64,000 bases of DNA from the human T2T-CHM13v2.0 reference genome, Homo sapiens. The DNA lies in the NCBI RefSeq assembly GCF_009914755.1, contig NC_060925.1. One strand, 5' to 3'. The position numbers and the translations under genes are program-made. The notes beneath the pieces are model-generated. The model was not told where the DNA came from. It saw only the letters and a list, made by a program, of their open reading frames with translations, and did not search any database. This document shows, piece by piece, positions 32,310 through 46,413 of the stretch (position 1 is its first letter; each line of letters starts with the position of its first letter).

Positions 32310-33060
32310 CATTTATTCATATTAATTTCATCATTCAACACATATTACTTAATGCCTAGTATGTGGCAGTCGTTGACTATATAAGATTTAAAAATATTAT
32401 TTTTAAGAAGTTTACAGTTTAAAAAAAGAAAGACCATTGAGTGAACTGACAATGTCAACAAAATCAGTGTTTTATGACAGTGTTAAGCATTGGCATCTAC
32501 AGAAACACAGAGATGAGAGCTCTAACCCTGCCTGGAAGATAGTACTGAAGGCTTCTAGAAAGAGATGGTGGCTAAGTTTAGCTCTTAGGTGCCAGTTGGA
32601 TTATTCAGGTGATGAGTAAAGACAAGGCATTAGAGACGGGGGAGCATATACAAAAAGTTGTGGAGAGCTTAGGTATCTCAGTGTGATTGATCAAAGAATA
32701 TAGATATGAGTCTAAAAAAACCATGAGGCTGAAGTATGTGCCAAAATACGCAGGGTGGTTTAAACCAAGCAAATGAGTTTTGGAACTATGAGGAGTCATT
32801 AATTTTAAGCAGGTAAATAATATGACCCTCTTTACATTTTTAGAATTGAAAAGTGGTAAATAAACTAGTCTTAGGTGATAAGCAATGATCTAAGTGAATG
32901 ATAATGAGAATAAACCAAAGTAGTGAAAACTGATATGCGGAGAACTAGAGAGGTTTTTAAAACTGTTTACAAAATAGCACTTAAAAGACTTCATGACACA
33001 GAGAAAAGCACCAAGGATTATCTCACTGTCTTTATGACAGAACCAACTGGCACATCAGGA
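32310..33060 (-). mobile_element. L2 LINE fragment
   Basis: TCATTCAACACATATTACTTAATGCCTAGTATGTG ... TTTTAAGCAGG ... ATGACC. Confidence 0.65.
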
Positions 33061-33325
33061 GGAAAGATTAAAGAGGCTAGTTAGATGGGGGAAAAAATGA
33101 GGATTAGAGAAAATGTTCTAGAAATAGAAAGAAATAAACATGATTTCCTATGATCAACTACTGGGCTCCCTGTAAACAGCTTTTAGTGATGTTAGAATAA
33201 GCCAACTGAGGTGTTATTATTCTCTTGTGATTTTCAAAAAGTCGGTTGAATACTAATCTGAAACTTTTACATGTGAACATTGGACTTTTGCTTACTATAA
33301 GCATGTTCACATTTAGTTATATTCA

Positions 33326-34168
33326 CGTATTAGGTTTTCCTTGCTGGTATAACAAATAACCACAAATTTAGTGCATTAAAGCAACATACATTTATCATCT
33401 CACAGCTCTATAGGTTAAAAAGCCTGGGCTAATTTATTTGCTCTGGGTTTTACAAGGCCAAAATTGAGAGATGGGTCAGTTGATCTCCTATTGGGAGGCT
33501 CTTGCTGGAAAGAACCCACTTCTGAACTATTCAGGTTGTTGGCAGAAACAGTTCTTGTGGTTGTAGGACTGAAGTCCCTGTTTCCTTTCTGGCTATCAGC
33601 TGAAGGCTTTCCTTATCCTCTAGAGTAAGCTTGTCCACCCCACAGCCCACAGGCTGTGTGTGGCTCAGAATGGCTTTGAATGTGGCCCAACAAAAATGTG
33701 TAAACTTTCTTAAAACATTACGAGTTTTTTGTTATTTTTTGTTGTTGTTAGCTCATCAGCTATCATTAGTGTTAGTGTATTTTATATGTGGCCCAAGACA
33801 ATTCTTCTTCCAGTGTGGCCCAGGGAAGCCAAAAAATTGGGCACCCCTGCTCTAGAGGTTGCAATCCTTGCATGTGGGCCCCTGCATTTTACAGTCAACA
33901 AGACATTTTGAATCTGTCTCACACTTTAAATCTCCCTAACATACTTTACTGTGTCTCTTCTGCCTTCAGCTCCAGAAAGTTCTATGTTTTTAAGGCCTCT
34001 GGTGATTAGATTGGGACTACCATGATATTTCACAATAATCTCCTTATTTTAAGGCCTGTAACCTGAGTTACCTATGCAAAGTTATTTTTGCCATGTACAG
34101 TTTAACACATTTATAGGTTCTAGGGATTACAGTGTACACATCTTTGAGTGGCCATCCTGCCTACCACA
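33326..34168 (-). mobile_element. MLT1D-like MaLR LTR with nested MER30
   Basis: GTATTAGGTTTTCC ... ATAACAAATAACCACAAATTTAGTG ... CATCTTTG ... CTGCCTACCACA. Confidence 0.85.
33626..33849. mobile_element. MER30 (hAT-Charlie)
   Basis: Matches MER30; perfect 8-bp TSD CTCTAGAG (33618-33625, 33850-33857). Confidence 0.92.
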
Positions 34169-36489
34169 GTTCCTATTAAGGCTTTACATCTACTAAGAAA
34201 ACAGAAACCACAGTCAAGTGTGAATGGCCTATGCCATTTACTATTATCACTGCAGAATGTCTCCGCTGCTGTTCCAAAATGACATAAAGAACCTCCAGAA
34301 ATGTCCTACATCAAGCAAATGATTTAAAGATGTGCTCTTTGCCTCGTTTCTTCCTTATCCTCTTCTGGCACTCCATTTGTCAAAGTTAGTGTCTTTGGTA
34401 TCAGTGAAAATGCATTCCCATCCAAGCCTTCCAACAATAAATCTGTTGTCAATTTGAGCTATTTTTAAGCTAATGAATACACAGGATTAACATGTATATT
34501 TGAAGGCATGATGTTCAACAAAGCCAAAGTTAATAGTACAATCAGTGAAGATTATTCTGCTAAAATTTTTGCTATCTCCTCTGCACTTAAAATAAATGAA
34601 AAAATATTCAGCTAATGATAGTGTGGTTAATATATACTAGGAAGTCTACCAGGGGCTTCTAAGATTGAGAAATAATGCTATTAACTCAGAACTCCTCGGA
34701 AGATATAATTGTATAAAATCTTTTATCTTGGTTGTTTTGCTACTCTGCCATGCAGCAGGGATTTCTGCCATATCAGATACAAGGAAATGTGATTCTGATG
34801 CCTAAGTGTAAAGGAAATAGTATAGAAGTTATCAATAGAAAATTAAATTAGCATTAAATTATACAAACATTTTTTTATTCAGGAAATAATTTTTAAGGTC
34901 CTATGATTAAAGATTTGCATTTGGCACAGTCATAGATTTTGTTGTATTGTTTTTCTGAAAATACATATTTGAGTGGAATTTGGTCTGACTCTTTCTGTCA
35001 TCTTCAGATTTACACTTCTTCTCCATTTTGAAGTACTTATATATTTCCTTCATTTTGAAGTGAAGATAATGCCTGACAGCTGCTGATCTTATACTTGACT
35101 TTAAGTGAAGAGGAGATACCTGGTCTCTAAACTACATCAACTTTCTGTGCTATTTGTACAGAATGGTACAATTTAGAACCTTTTTCTAGGTCCCAGCCAA
35201 AGAAGATGGTCTAGATCTTCTACAAAGTGATGTAAGGGGATACCACTTATGATGCCTAGATAATAATATAAAACTTTAGCATTATGAAAATCACCTGCTC
35301 CTTTTGCAGACCCTACAGGTATATGCCCATGGTTATCACCAATTTTTCCTTTCAAAGTTCCATAATGTCACTCGTCCTCATAGATCACACTCATGAATTT
35401 GACCTACTATTGTGGTCACTGCTTATAACACCACTACCACTCCCATACAGTAACAATCTTTCCCTAAGAAATCTCAAGACTCCTGGAGAACCCTTCTCAA
35501 ACACTTCAAGTTGCTTTTCTCTAAATATCACCACATACTTAATAGCTAGATGTGAGCACCCTTATGTCACATAAAACAATCTACCTTGTTTCCACGACAA
35601 AATACAGTGCATGGGTAGGACATTGAATGCCAAACCGATGACAATTTTCAAGTAGGGATAGGCTTCCTTATGAAGTGCTGGCTTTCAAAAAGACCTTAGT
35701 GATCACTGAAACTCATTTACATATACCACCTGTTAGCCCATGGACTAAATCAGCTCATTCCCTTTTGTGCACTCTTGCTTTCTTCTATAAAAACTGAAGT
35801 TAATATTGCTGGCTTCATAGCATTCCAGTGAATAATAAATGAAGATTTATCTCCAAAATAACTTCCACATTGCCCAATGTATAACAGATAGCTAAACAAT
35901 GTGGTTCCTGCACTCAGTTCTCTCTTTCTTGTTTTTGTCAGGCTTGTGTTCTGATTTCCCCAGTTATTCATTCTTTCCAAGAAATCTAAGTCTGTGTGAT
36001 ACATTTCATCTGCCCACAAATCAAGTTCAGAAAAGATAGACATTCTAATTCTGGGTTCCCTGTTGATCATCAGTTACTCAAGTTAGTCACAAGTCATAGG
36101 CCTAGAAAGTTAAATCCTTCTTTATTTAGTGTACCTGGATTTTTAAAAAGCAAAAGTCCCCGCTTCAAATCCAAATGCAACATGGTAATGTATTGTCAGA
36201 GTCCTTCAGACTAAGATTATAGTTTAACATTTAAGTAGATAATTTCATAACGTAGGTCTGTATAAGACATTTTGTTGTACTATTTTGTAGAAAACCTATT
36301 TAAACTCATCACACATATGCCTTAATTAGAAAAAGCTTTGTCTTCATTATGTATAAATGTAGAAGACTTCAAGAAAGATGACACTCATCTAATGCCTCCA
36401 TATAACAAAAAAAAAAAAAATAGAGTCTTCTTAAAGGTACCAGAATTAACTATTCTATCAAATAAAATTACATTGTCATGGCACTTTGC

Positions 36490-36678
36490 AATTTATAAAT
36501 ACTTTTCTATTCATTATTTATTTGATCTTCTCAACATCCCTATAAGATAGAAAAGACATTTATCACTGATTTGCACTTGAGGACACTGAGGTTAAGAGAA
36601 GTTATATTAATTGCCCAAGGTCATGTAACTAGGAAGTCCAGAACCCAGTATTCAAACCTAAGTCTGACTAAATAAAGA

Positions 36679-36690
<12 letters not shown>
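36490..36690 (-). mobile_element. MIR SINE
   Basis: GAGGACACTGAGGTTAAGAGAAGTTA ... TTGCCCAAGGTCA ... ATTCAAACCTAAGTCTGACT. Confidence 0.8.
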
Positions 36691-37292
<602 letters not shown>

Positions 37293-39360
37293 TGACAATT
37301 GGATAAGTTAGTGACTTTACTATGAAAGTCAATGAGTGAGGTTGCACCAAGATTCCAACTGATTCAGTGATTACTCTTAGAATCTGTAAGAAACATGGGA
37401 CTTAAGGAAATAGTTTAACCCCTGATCTCTGCCAAATATGCTAAAACAAAAAGATAGTTAAGCTGCAAGAATTTAAAGCATACATGTAAGAACAATTTTG
37501 TTTTAAAATAATTATTGAGTGATGAATATAATACTGGAATTCTATATGACAAATTAATTCTGATAAAATATACAAGAGGACCCAGGCTGTTAACCACATC
37601 AATAAAGGAAGTTTCTATTTTTTAATTATATGTTGCCATTTATAGAATCCCATTTTAAATTTTAAAATTAAAGTATTATTAATCCCTAATTTCTTGTTTT
37701 AAAACTGGAACTTTAGCTGTCCCAAAGAGCTTATATTAATTTTCCAAAATCACGCAACTAGTTAATGGCAAACTGAGATTAGAACTAACATTTTCTAACT
37801 CTGATTCTTAATCCAGTGCACTTTCCACTACTCCAGGCTCCCTCAATATATGAATCTCCAAATTTTCATAACACAAATGTGTGTCTCTTGAGAAATAAGA
37901 AGATATTAATTTCTAAAAGGATAAAATAATCTAGTTTTATTTGTGTTTCACTGCTTACCTCAAGTTACACTACAATTCTTTCATTAACCTGGTTTCAGAC
38001 CTTGTCTAATATTTCTCGAAGAGCTCATCAGCTGCAAAACTAAACCATGAAAGACTAGATAGAAACTTGGCATCTAAGAAGAGAATTTTTTTAAAGCCTG
38101 GTATTCCTTCTAAGATACACTAATGTAATAGCCAAGATGATGAGATAACTGTGAAAAGCCAGTAGGGATCTTGAATTGAGATGTATTCTTTGAAAGCCTA
38201 ACTATGCTCTTATGGTGCTCTCAAAATCAGTGGTGCCTTATGAGGAATCACAGCCTGAGACTGGCTTTGAATGATCTCACCAAGAGTTTCAAACAGACTG
38301 ATTTCTTTCAGTGTTCACTTGTGTCCTGTGGTGATTAAGAGATTGTTGAAAAGCAAAGGTTTTTCTCTTTAACAAAGGGTGGATTATTGTGGAAATAATT
38401 TTTTTTGTCTTTGTGTAGTCATACCTTAAAGCATACATTGCATGCTAAGTTTCAGGGCTCAAAAAGTTCTAATGATCTTCCACATTTCAATTTTATACCA
38501 TAAAATTGAAGTTGCTGGCAAAATGCACAGCATCACTGGTTTTATCAGCTCCCAGGCTTTTATGATGTCTATATACTGTAGATTTTTATATTTGAAGATT
38601 TCTCAATAAAAGATAATAGTGTGACAATTTCATTAAATAATAAGCATGGCTGTAAGGCCCCTGAACAGGTAAGGCTCTATTTAACTGCTAATTATCATCA
38701 TTATAAACCATTTGGGATGCAGCTAAGTGCGGATACACTGAGATACAACCTTTTTATCTAAAAGAGAGGATAATAACCATGGGTAAAACTTGTTGGTTCT
38801 TGTAAGTATCAACCTGAGATAACCCTCAATTAGAAATTTTTATATACAAATGCAGCCAAAAGGGGTCTAACACATAGGTCAAATAGGTAACAAACTATTT
38901 GGTGTACATTGAAGAAGGACCCCCTCCCCCACCCTGACACACAGGTCTTGTCCAGAAATAATGGCCTTAAAGACCCCTGACTGCTGCCTGAAATTCTGCT
39001 AATGCATTTATTCACTCACATTTTTTGATTGCCTACTATGTGTCTTACACTGAGGGGATAGAAAAATGAATAAGAAACAATTGCTGCTTTCTAAAAGATA
39101 GTAAGATAGATAAAGAATGGAAACAAATAATAATTCACAACAAAGAAAATAACACGGGATATAGATAAGGTAAGGAGATATTAACATTTAAATGTTGGAG
39201 GAGTGAGCATTGAGGAGGAAGAAGAAATAGAGACAGTGAATTTGAATCTTCTCTTGAAGGCTGGACAGAATTTAGACACATAGCTATGTAGACATGGGAG
39301 AAGGGGCATTCCAGGCTGAGAGAATTGGGTAAATTAGAGTTGTTTGTTATTAAGAAATAT

Positions 39361-39575
39361 AAAATAAAATAGTTTACATATTGTTCAATACATAGTTCAA
39401 AGTATTATCCATGGAATGTTAAGCAAATCAAAGCAATAAAGAATCCTTCTTTATATTTAAACATAGCTACAAAAAAGGTAGGAAGGTAGCAACACAGTTT
39501 AGATAAAAGAGCCCTGCTTATTGAGTAAGGAGATTTGGATGGCTCTTTGTCATAACAGTGGGGAGCTGGGCTCTG
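39361..39575. repeat. Arm B of inverted duplication (partner 36679-36895)
   Basis: Reverse complement of arm A, about 92% identical. Confidence 0.95.
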
Positions 39576-39659
39576 ATTTGTCTTCCTCACATCTAATTAA
39601 ATCTCTGATTTGCATCCAGAGTAACTTTTCCAGACTATGTAATTAATTCCATTATTCTT

Positions 39660-39885
39660 TGGTAGATTGTTATATTAATCCCCTCCCCCACTCCAAGGAA
39701 TCGTGCCTCCTGGTTATCACACACTTTTGTAGTCTGTTCCTACCCTGACTGAGGACTTAGACAAGTGACTTAATTTAGGCAAAGAAACACCAGCAAACAC
39801 GACACAAGCAGAGGCTTGATATATACTCATTCATAGGAATTTGCCCTCTGGAATGCTGCTATTACCATGTGAGAAGCCCAAGCTG
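39660..39885 (+). mobile_element. MLT1F-like MaLR LTR 5' part
   Basis: CAGCAAACACGACACAAGCAGAGGCTTGA ... CCATGTGAGAAGCCCAAGCT. Confidence 0.65.
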
Positions 39886-40031
39886 GGAGTAAGGAGGAGG
39901 ACGTGGCTGCAGCCAGAGTAGGAGGTTGCTAAAGATTTGGGAGTTTTAAGATACCTATTAAATATTGTCTCACGTTGACTCAATGACATCAGGCCACATA
40001 ATTTTGTACTGTTTTTTCATCACATTCAATC

Positions 40032-40327
40032 CTTGTTTTTCTTTTTGAGATGGAGTCTCACTCTGTCTCCCAGGCTGGAGTGTAGTGGCGTGATCTCAGT
40101 TCACTGGAACCTCCCCCTCCAGGGTTCCAGCAATTCTCGTCCCTCAGCCTCCTGAGTAGCTGGATTTACAGGCATATGCCACCATGCCTGGCTAATTCTT
40201 GTATTTTTATTAGAGATGGGTTTCACCATGCTAGCCAGGCTGGCGTCGAACTCCTGACCTCAAGTGACCTGTTTGCCTCGGCCTCCCAAAGTGCTGAAAT
40301 TGCAGGCATGAGCCACCATGCCCAGCC
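40032..40327 (-). mobile_element. Full-length AluS
   Basis: 14-bp TSD CATCACATTCAATC (40018-40031, 40328-40341). Confidence 0.95.
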
Positions 40328-42119
40328 CATCACATTCAATCTTAATCCCCTCTTCTCTAAATGTACACCATAAGTTCTCTCTTGTTCAGGTAAGAAAATA
40401 TAGGTAACTCAGTGAAAGATAGTCATTGTGGGTAGAAAAGAATACAAAACAGGTGTTATTAGTGATGTCAGGTTAACAATGCCACCTTCATGAATTGATT
40501 ATTGGTAATTAATTCAGTCATCTATGTGTTTATTCTTTCATTCACAGAGTAGTCATTTATTTAAACATTTATGAAAAGTTTCCCATGTGCTGGACACTGT
40601 AGGAACAGAGAAAGGAATAAGACAGGCTCTTCTAAAAAGCATAGAAATAAAAGTCGATACACTCAGGCTTGTCTGAAACAAATGAGAAATTCCTGGATAT
40701 TAGTATAGAACAACATTAAATATAATTTATTCATTTTAATTTTCTAGCATCTTCTCAATACAGTCACACAATACATTGCACTTTACAAAGAACATTTCAC
40801 ACCTCTTCTTAATCCCAAGCTATATTAAGAAAGCTATTGTTTCTGAAATAGTGGTAATCAATTACAAAGGTGTTGTTACGGTAGAGCCACATATTGTTCC
40901 TAAATTTTAAGAATATTGTACAGTCTGATATGTTAATGTTTAAGAAATTAACTGATATCTTCTGATAAAATGTATTTAATCCACAGTATCTGTGCCATTA
41001 CCTTTAATAAAACTAAAATGTAGCAACTTCCATAGAAGTTGATTGGAGGCACTTTAATTCTGTATAAAGAACGTTGCATACTTTGAATACAAGCGCCGAA
41101 AATTTACGATTATAGTAGTATTCTACATTAGACTTGGTGTTTTAGTGTGCATCCAAATTATTGTGTTATTTCATGTTATTTCTTAATAATGTTCCAAGTG
41201 TCTTTCAGAGAGAATAGAAAACAATGTGCCAAGTTAGAACAATACATAGATTTCAGTAAAATCAGTTGCAATCAGTTCTTTTAACGGTGTGATTGCAGAT
41301 GATTTAACGTTGATATATTTATCATTGCATTTAGAATGCTTTAAGATACATATCATGCATTGGATTTCACAACGAGTACATCATTTTCCATGGCTATTTG
41401 CTGTATGATAGCAGAATAGGAGCACTCTACAAGTTTTCACCTCATTAAAACCTACTGAAAAAAATGAATGGATCATCAAATACATACAGAGTGACAATTT
41501 TATAACGGAGCTATTGTGTTTATTAGTGTTGCATTTGTGGCATCTGAATTAATCACGGATTTAAAATCCTATGAAATTTTTACTTGAAAATATTCTGTCC
41601 ATGTATAACAATCTATGCTGGTTAGTTTACAATTTTGATTAATAACAAATCATTCTGCATTTTCTCTAAAATTTATACCTTGACATTGTGATGTAAGAGT
41701 CTAATAGTGTTTCATTTTAAAGAATAAAATATGCATGGAGTTTCATATGAAGAAATTATAACAATAAAATAAACATAGGACCATTTATCTGGCATACTAA
41801 TTTTAACCTTTATTACATCCAGTTATACTTGGGATTGTGATTCTGCTCATGAACTGGTGTCAAGCAACGGATGGAAAATTTTTGAGTAGTGTTGATGCCT
41901 TTTACATTGTTGTGCTTCTCTTGCTATTCAGCAATGCCCATTTTGATGTACCTGTATATTAGCATATATAAATTGAACTTAGTCTAAAAATATTAATTGC
42001 TTGTTTTAGGGCAAATGCTATGTTGGTACAAAGGATCTACGTTGAAAAATATATCTGTTCTGTCATCATTGAACTTGAAAGCTTATAAGAAAGATAAGCA
42101 AATCAATAGGTACCAAAGA

Positions 42120-42870
42120 CATCTAACCATTCAGGAAATTCTGTCAACTCTCTTGAATGTATGTGCAGAATTAGACTGTTTCTCACTATCGGCATCACTG
42201 CCATCTTGATCCAAATCACTCTTAATCACTCACCTGGACTATCATAGTAAATTCCTGATTCATCTCTCTGTTTCTATTCTGGCTCCTCCCAACCCTTTGT
42301 CCTAACCTCAAAAAAGTAACAAAAGTCATTAAAAAAATAAAAGTCAGATTATGTTACTCCTACACTCAAAACCTTCTAATGGCTTCCTAAATCATTTGCA
42401 ATGTAAGTCAAAATACAATTGTCTAGAAGGCCCTATGTCATCTGGTCCCTGTGAAAACTCTGACAAATTCTTTCTTTCTGGTTTACTCTATCCCAGCCAC
42501 GACGGGGCCTCTATTTTGTTCCTGAACACTCTAAGCATGCCCAATTTTAGGCCTTTGCACTTGCCGCTCCCTCAGGTTGAAACAGTTTTCCCCCAGCCCA
42601 TATGGCTGTCCTTCTCATTTCCTTCCACACTCAAATATTATCCTATTAGTGAGTCCTTCCCTGACCATTATAGGTCAAATAGCCACCCCCACCCTTGCAG
42701 CTTTTCCTGTTTTTCTTCTACTGTGTTGTATTTTTCTACACATAGCTTACATCTCTCTGACCCATCATTCATTTATTTGTTAAAAGTTCATTGTCTTCTC
42801 ATACTATATGTAAATACTGTGAGTATAGAGATTTATGTATTTTGTTCACTGCTACAGCTATGGCTTGAAA
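42120..42870 (+). mobile_element. L2 LINE fragment
   Basis: CTCACCTGGACTA ... AAGTCAGATTATGTTACTCC ... CTCAAAACCTTCTAATGGCTTCC ... GGCCTTTGCACTTGC. Confidence 0.8.
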
Positions 42871-44439
42871 AGCTGTCTATTTTTCTAACATTTATTATTC
42901 CTGCTTTCATTGTTTTCACCTGTTATGTTTATTTGGTAAATCTTTCTTACTTTTTGAAAAATCTTTCTGTAAAAATCTTTGTCTTTTAATATTTGTCTCT
43001 AATAGAATCACATTTGTTATTATAACTTATTAAATGTTACTAATTTCTGATTTTTATACTTTCTACTTTATTGACCTTTATGCTTTATATATTTATACTT
43101 TTTTGATATTTTCTTTTTTATATCTTTCCTATATAGACTAAATTTTCTTTGTTTTTTTTTTCCCCAGTGATTTGAACAATATATATCCCGTTCTTGGTTT
43201 TAGATTATGGTCATCTTTATATTTTTATAAATTATTGTTAAATCTACTTTCTCTACATAATATGAGTGAGATGAGAGTCCTAGCTTTTTGCCAAGCTACA
43301 GCTACTACTGGTATGCAGACATTCTGGTTTGCCTTCCAGAAAGGAATATGCTTTAGATAATTGTCATGAGGAGTTTTGTGGACACAAAGAACAGAAAGAA
43401 TCATCAGTGTGGGAAGGGGAAGTCTTCTAGGATGACCCAGTCTGAGACTGATCCCAGGCTCCACCTCAAAATTTCAGTTCTGAGATCTTTGGAGGAAGGT
43501 GCTGTACGTGGGAGTCACATTTACCCTTTTCACCAGAGTATCTCTGGTTCTCAAGCGTCCAAATATAGCACATGACTGGGGAAACCTCTTCTTGCTTTGG
43601 CATGAAGCATAGCATAGCACCAAAATTCAAAGACGTGAGGAGTTTAAAAAGCAGAGTCAAATTTTCAAGTGAAGGATTCATAGCAAAGTCGGGTGATAAT
43701 AAACTTGTATGTCATTGTAGGCACTACCAAAAAGGGACCTTAGTGACGGGCTACACTAATGATGGAGAGTAACGAGCAGAGCTGAAGAAGGAGCTGTGGA
43801 ACTAGCACAGAGCAACTGAAAAGAAGTCTTTGTTAGCATGCGTGACATAGTTTGGGGTGCCTAGAAGTTATTGGAGTAGATTCTCCCAAAAGGTAGAGGC
43901 TTTACACTAGTAGGTGTGACAGTGGGAAGGTGGCTTACATAGTCAAATCCAAGAACCAAATTATAACTTTGCATTCCCCTGATAAAAAGCAACAAAATTA
44001 ATATGCTTCTGTTTCCCCTTCCTCTTCTATTCATTATTTTCCAGTGTAATTGAAATTAGATACATGAATTTTAATTGATTTTTTTTCTTATTCTTACATT
44101 AAATATCTTGTTTTTCAAGAATAATTTTTGCCCGTACGATTTAATTTTGTCATATTTACCACAATCTTTTAGAAAAATGTTTGACTGGTAGTAATGTTAT
44201 CTGGAATTCTTTTATACTATGTTTTCTTCATTTCTGTCTTTCTATTTTCTACTTATTTCTTCCAAAATATATCTTTGTGGAAGACTCCATGGTGTGTGTA
44301 TATTTTTAGCCTTTGAATATCTGATTATTTCCTCCCATTGTTTTTAGATAGACAAAAGACTTGACTAGGGTGTCTCCAGCTTTTACTCTCACCTGAACTC
44401 CAGAATCCTATGGCTATCTATGGTCATCTCCACTGAATG

Positions 44440-44510
44440 TTTAAAAGATATCTCTGTTAATATGTTATATAAGGTAATTGTGTAACATATTAACAGAGAT
44501 ATCTTTTAAA
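44440..44510. repeat. Perfect 28-bp inverted repeat with 15-nt spacer
   Basis: TTTAAAAGATATCTCTGTTAATATGTTA (44440-44467) and its exact reverse complement (44483-44510). Confidence 0.98.
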
Positions 44511-44619
44511 AATTGAAATTTCAGAGAAAAGATGAAAGAGAGAGAAATGCATAATAATGGCATTTTGATTATTCAGGGAAATATACTTGTTCTTAGGATA
44601 TATGTGATGAAGTATTAGG

Positions 44620-45047
44620 TGTTGTAGCAACTATGAAAATGTACTGCTCAGATCTCCTGTAGACAGGAGCAGAATTGACTGCCGTGTTGGCTATATTTCA
44701 TGTACTTCCCTGTTCAAGCCAAGGTACCCTTCATGCTGCTTCCCGTCAGTGGCTGTGCACAGTAGGTGTACTAATGCAGGCCCATGTCCTCAAGAAGTGG
44801 GACCCCATTAACAGATGACTTTGGCTCAAGACTTCCCATTGGCCTGGCCAAAACTTACTTAGAAATGTGCTGCGTTCTGAAATTTTTCTCCCTAATCTCT
44901 TCTTCTCTCTGTTCTTCATAGGAGTCTCAAGTATCTCTCAGCCTTCTTCTGCTGCCCCAACCATTTGTTTCTCACAGCTCACACAATATATCTCTTGTAA
45001 GCCCAACTTATACTGGCATCTAATTCACAGAGGGTCTGAACTAACAG
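44620..45047 (+). mobile_element. LTR16B-like ERVL solo LTR, inside an old L1M 3' fragment
   Basis: CTGCTCAGATCTCCTG ... GCAGGCCCAT ... GACTTTGGCTCAAG ... GGCCTGGCCAAAAC ... GAACTAACA. Confidence 0.75.
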
Positions 45048-45092
45048 GGTTACATGCTATGATGTCCAAGTAGTTAAGGAGAAAAGTGTACG

Positions 45093-45097
<5 letters not shown>

Positions 45098-45132
<35 letters not shown>

Positions 45133-45160
45133 AGAGAGAGAGAGAGAGAGATGAGAGAGA
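45098..45160. repeat. (TG)n(AG)n compound microsatellite
   Basis: About 17 TG units followed by an AG run. Confidence 0.95.
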
Positions 45161-45379
45161 GAAAAGAATAAAAGGAAGGAAGTAAATATCTCAAAATATT
45201 AATAATTGATACATTTAGGAGAATACTATGTGTACTCATTGCATTATTCTGTTTTAGATTTGAAAGTTTTTAAGTAAAATGTGGCTGCTAAAAAATAAAA
45301 ATCTAAAAATTACAAAAAAAGATACATGAAGCTCAACATGTGTATTGATGAGACATCTATTTCCAATTTCAATGTCTAT

Positions 45380-45805
45380 TCTCCTCAGCAACAAATCCCT
45401 GATTTTATTTGGGGCACATTGCATCCAGCCTAGAATTTTATTTCAATTAAAACATCATCTGACTCTTACATTCAAGCAATGGAAATACAAGTAAACATGT
45501 TATATGGGACTGTGGGAAGTCTTCCTAAAAGGTAGGAGGTCTTTCCTTTTCACCCTCTCCTATAGGGCTTCCTGAACTATGTATGTGATTGCTAGAGCTC
45601 AAGCAGCCATCTTTGAACATGAGGCAGTGCATCAGAAAGAGCAGAGCAGCAAGAAAGAAGGCATCTCAGTTCCTAACGAATGAAGTCACCACATCAGCCA
45701 TAGAAGCCTGCCTCTAGGACTCTGAAATAAAAAAGAGAAATAAACTCTTAGTTTAAGAAGTTGTTATTTGGTGTCTTCAATTTATTTAGACAGCTCATTC
45801 TAATG
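45380..45805 (+). mobile_element. MLT1J-like MaLR LTR
   Basis: GCAGCCATCTTTGAACATGAGG ... GCAGAGCAGCAAGAAAGAAGG ... GAGAAATAAACT. Confidence 0.65.
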
Positions 45806-46413
45806 CTTTTTTTTCTTTTGTGATAATTTATTTTAGAGTTCTCAGTAGTAATTTTAATCTTCAAAAACTTATTTGAGGTGATACTGGATTTCAAAAGCAT
45901 TGTCAAAAGAATTTTATTATAGTCCAATGTGAATTGTCTATCTTTATTTGAATATTAAATATTATAAAGTAGTCAATTTTACATAGCAAAGAGCGTTTCT
46001 AATTGGGTAAAAATTTACGGAAAATGGTTGGCATTTACAGCTCAACCTAATCTTACACTGATATTCTGTCCAAACTAACGACTCAATTTCCATCTTAACC
46101 TCCAAAACAAAATTCTCCCTAACCCATTCTTCTAGATGTTCAAGAAAAAAAAAACACATAAAAATCATCATAAACTCCCTTTTATTTAAGTCAGTTTCTT
46201 TCTTAGATGTTTATAGGATACCTTCGGTCATTGCAATGTTTTATAATTCACTATGATATGCTTAGTTGTGGCTGATTGCTCCTACTTAGCAGGTGGGTAG
46301 TAATCACAAAGAGGCATTTAGATGCTTTCTCATAGTTCCTTCTTGTTTCTGCTGTTGCTGTTTTAAAGTTCTGGGTTTAAATTAACAAAGAATTATTTTT
46401 TAACCAGTCCATC

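Noticed and set aside
42351-42989. Longest ORF in the track (212 aa)
   Set aside because: Lies in decayed L2/L1 sequence, low-complexity L/F/S composition, no domain motif.
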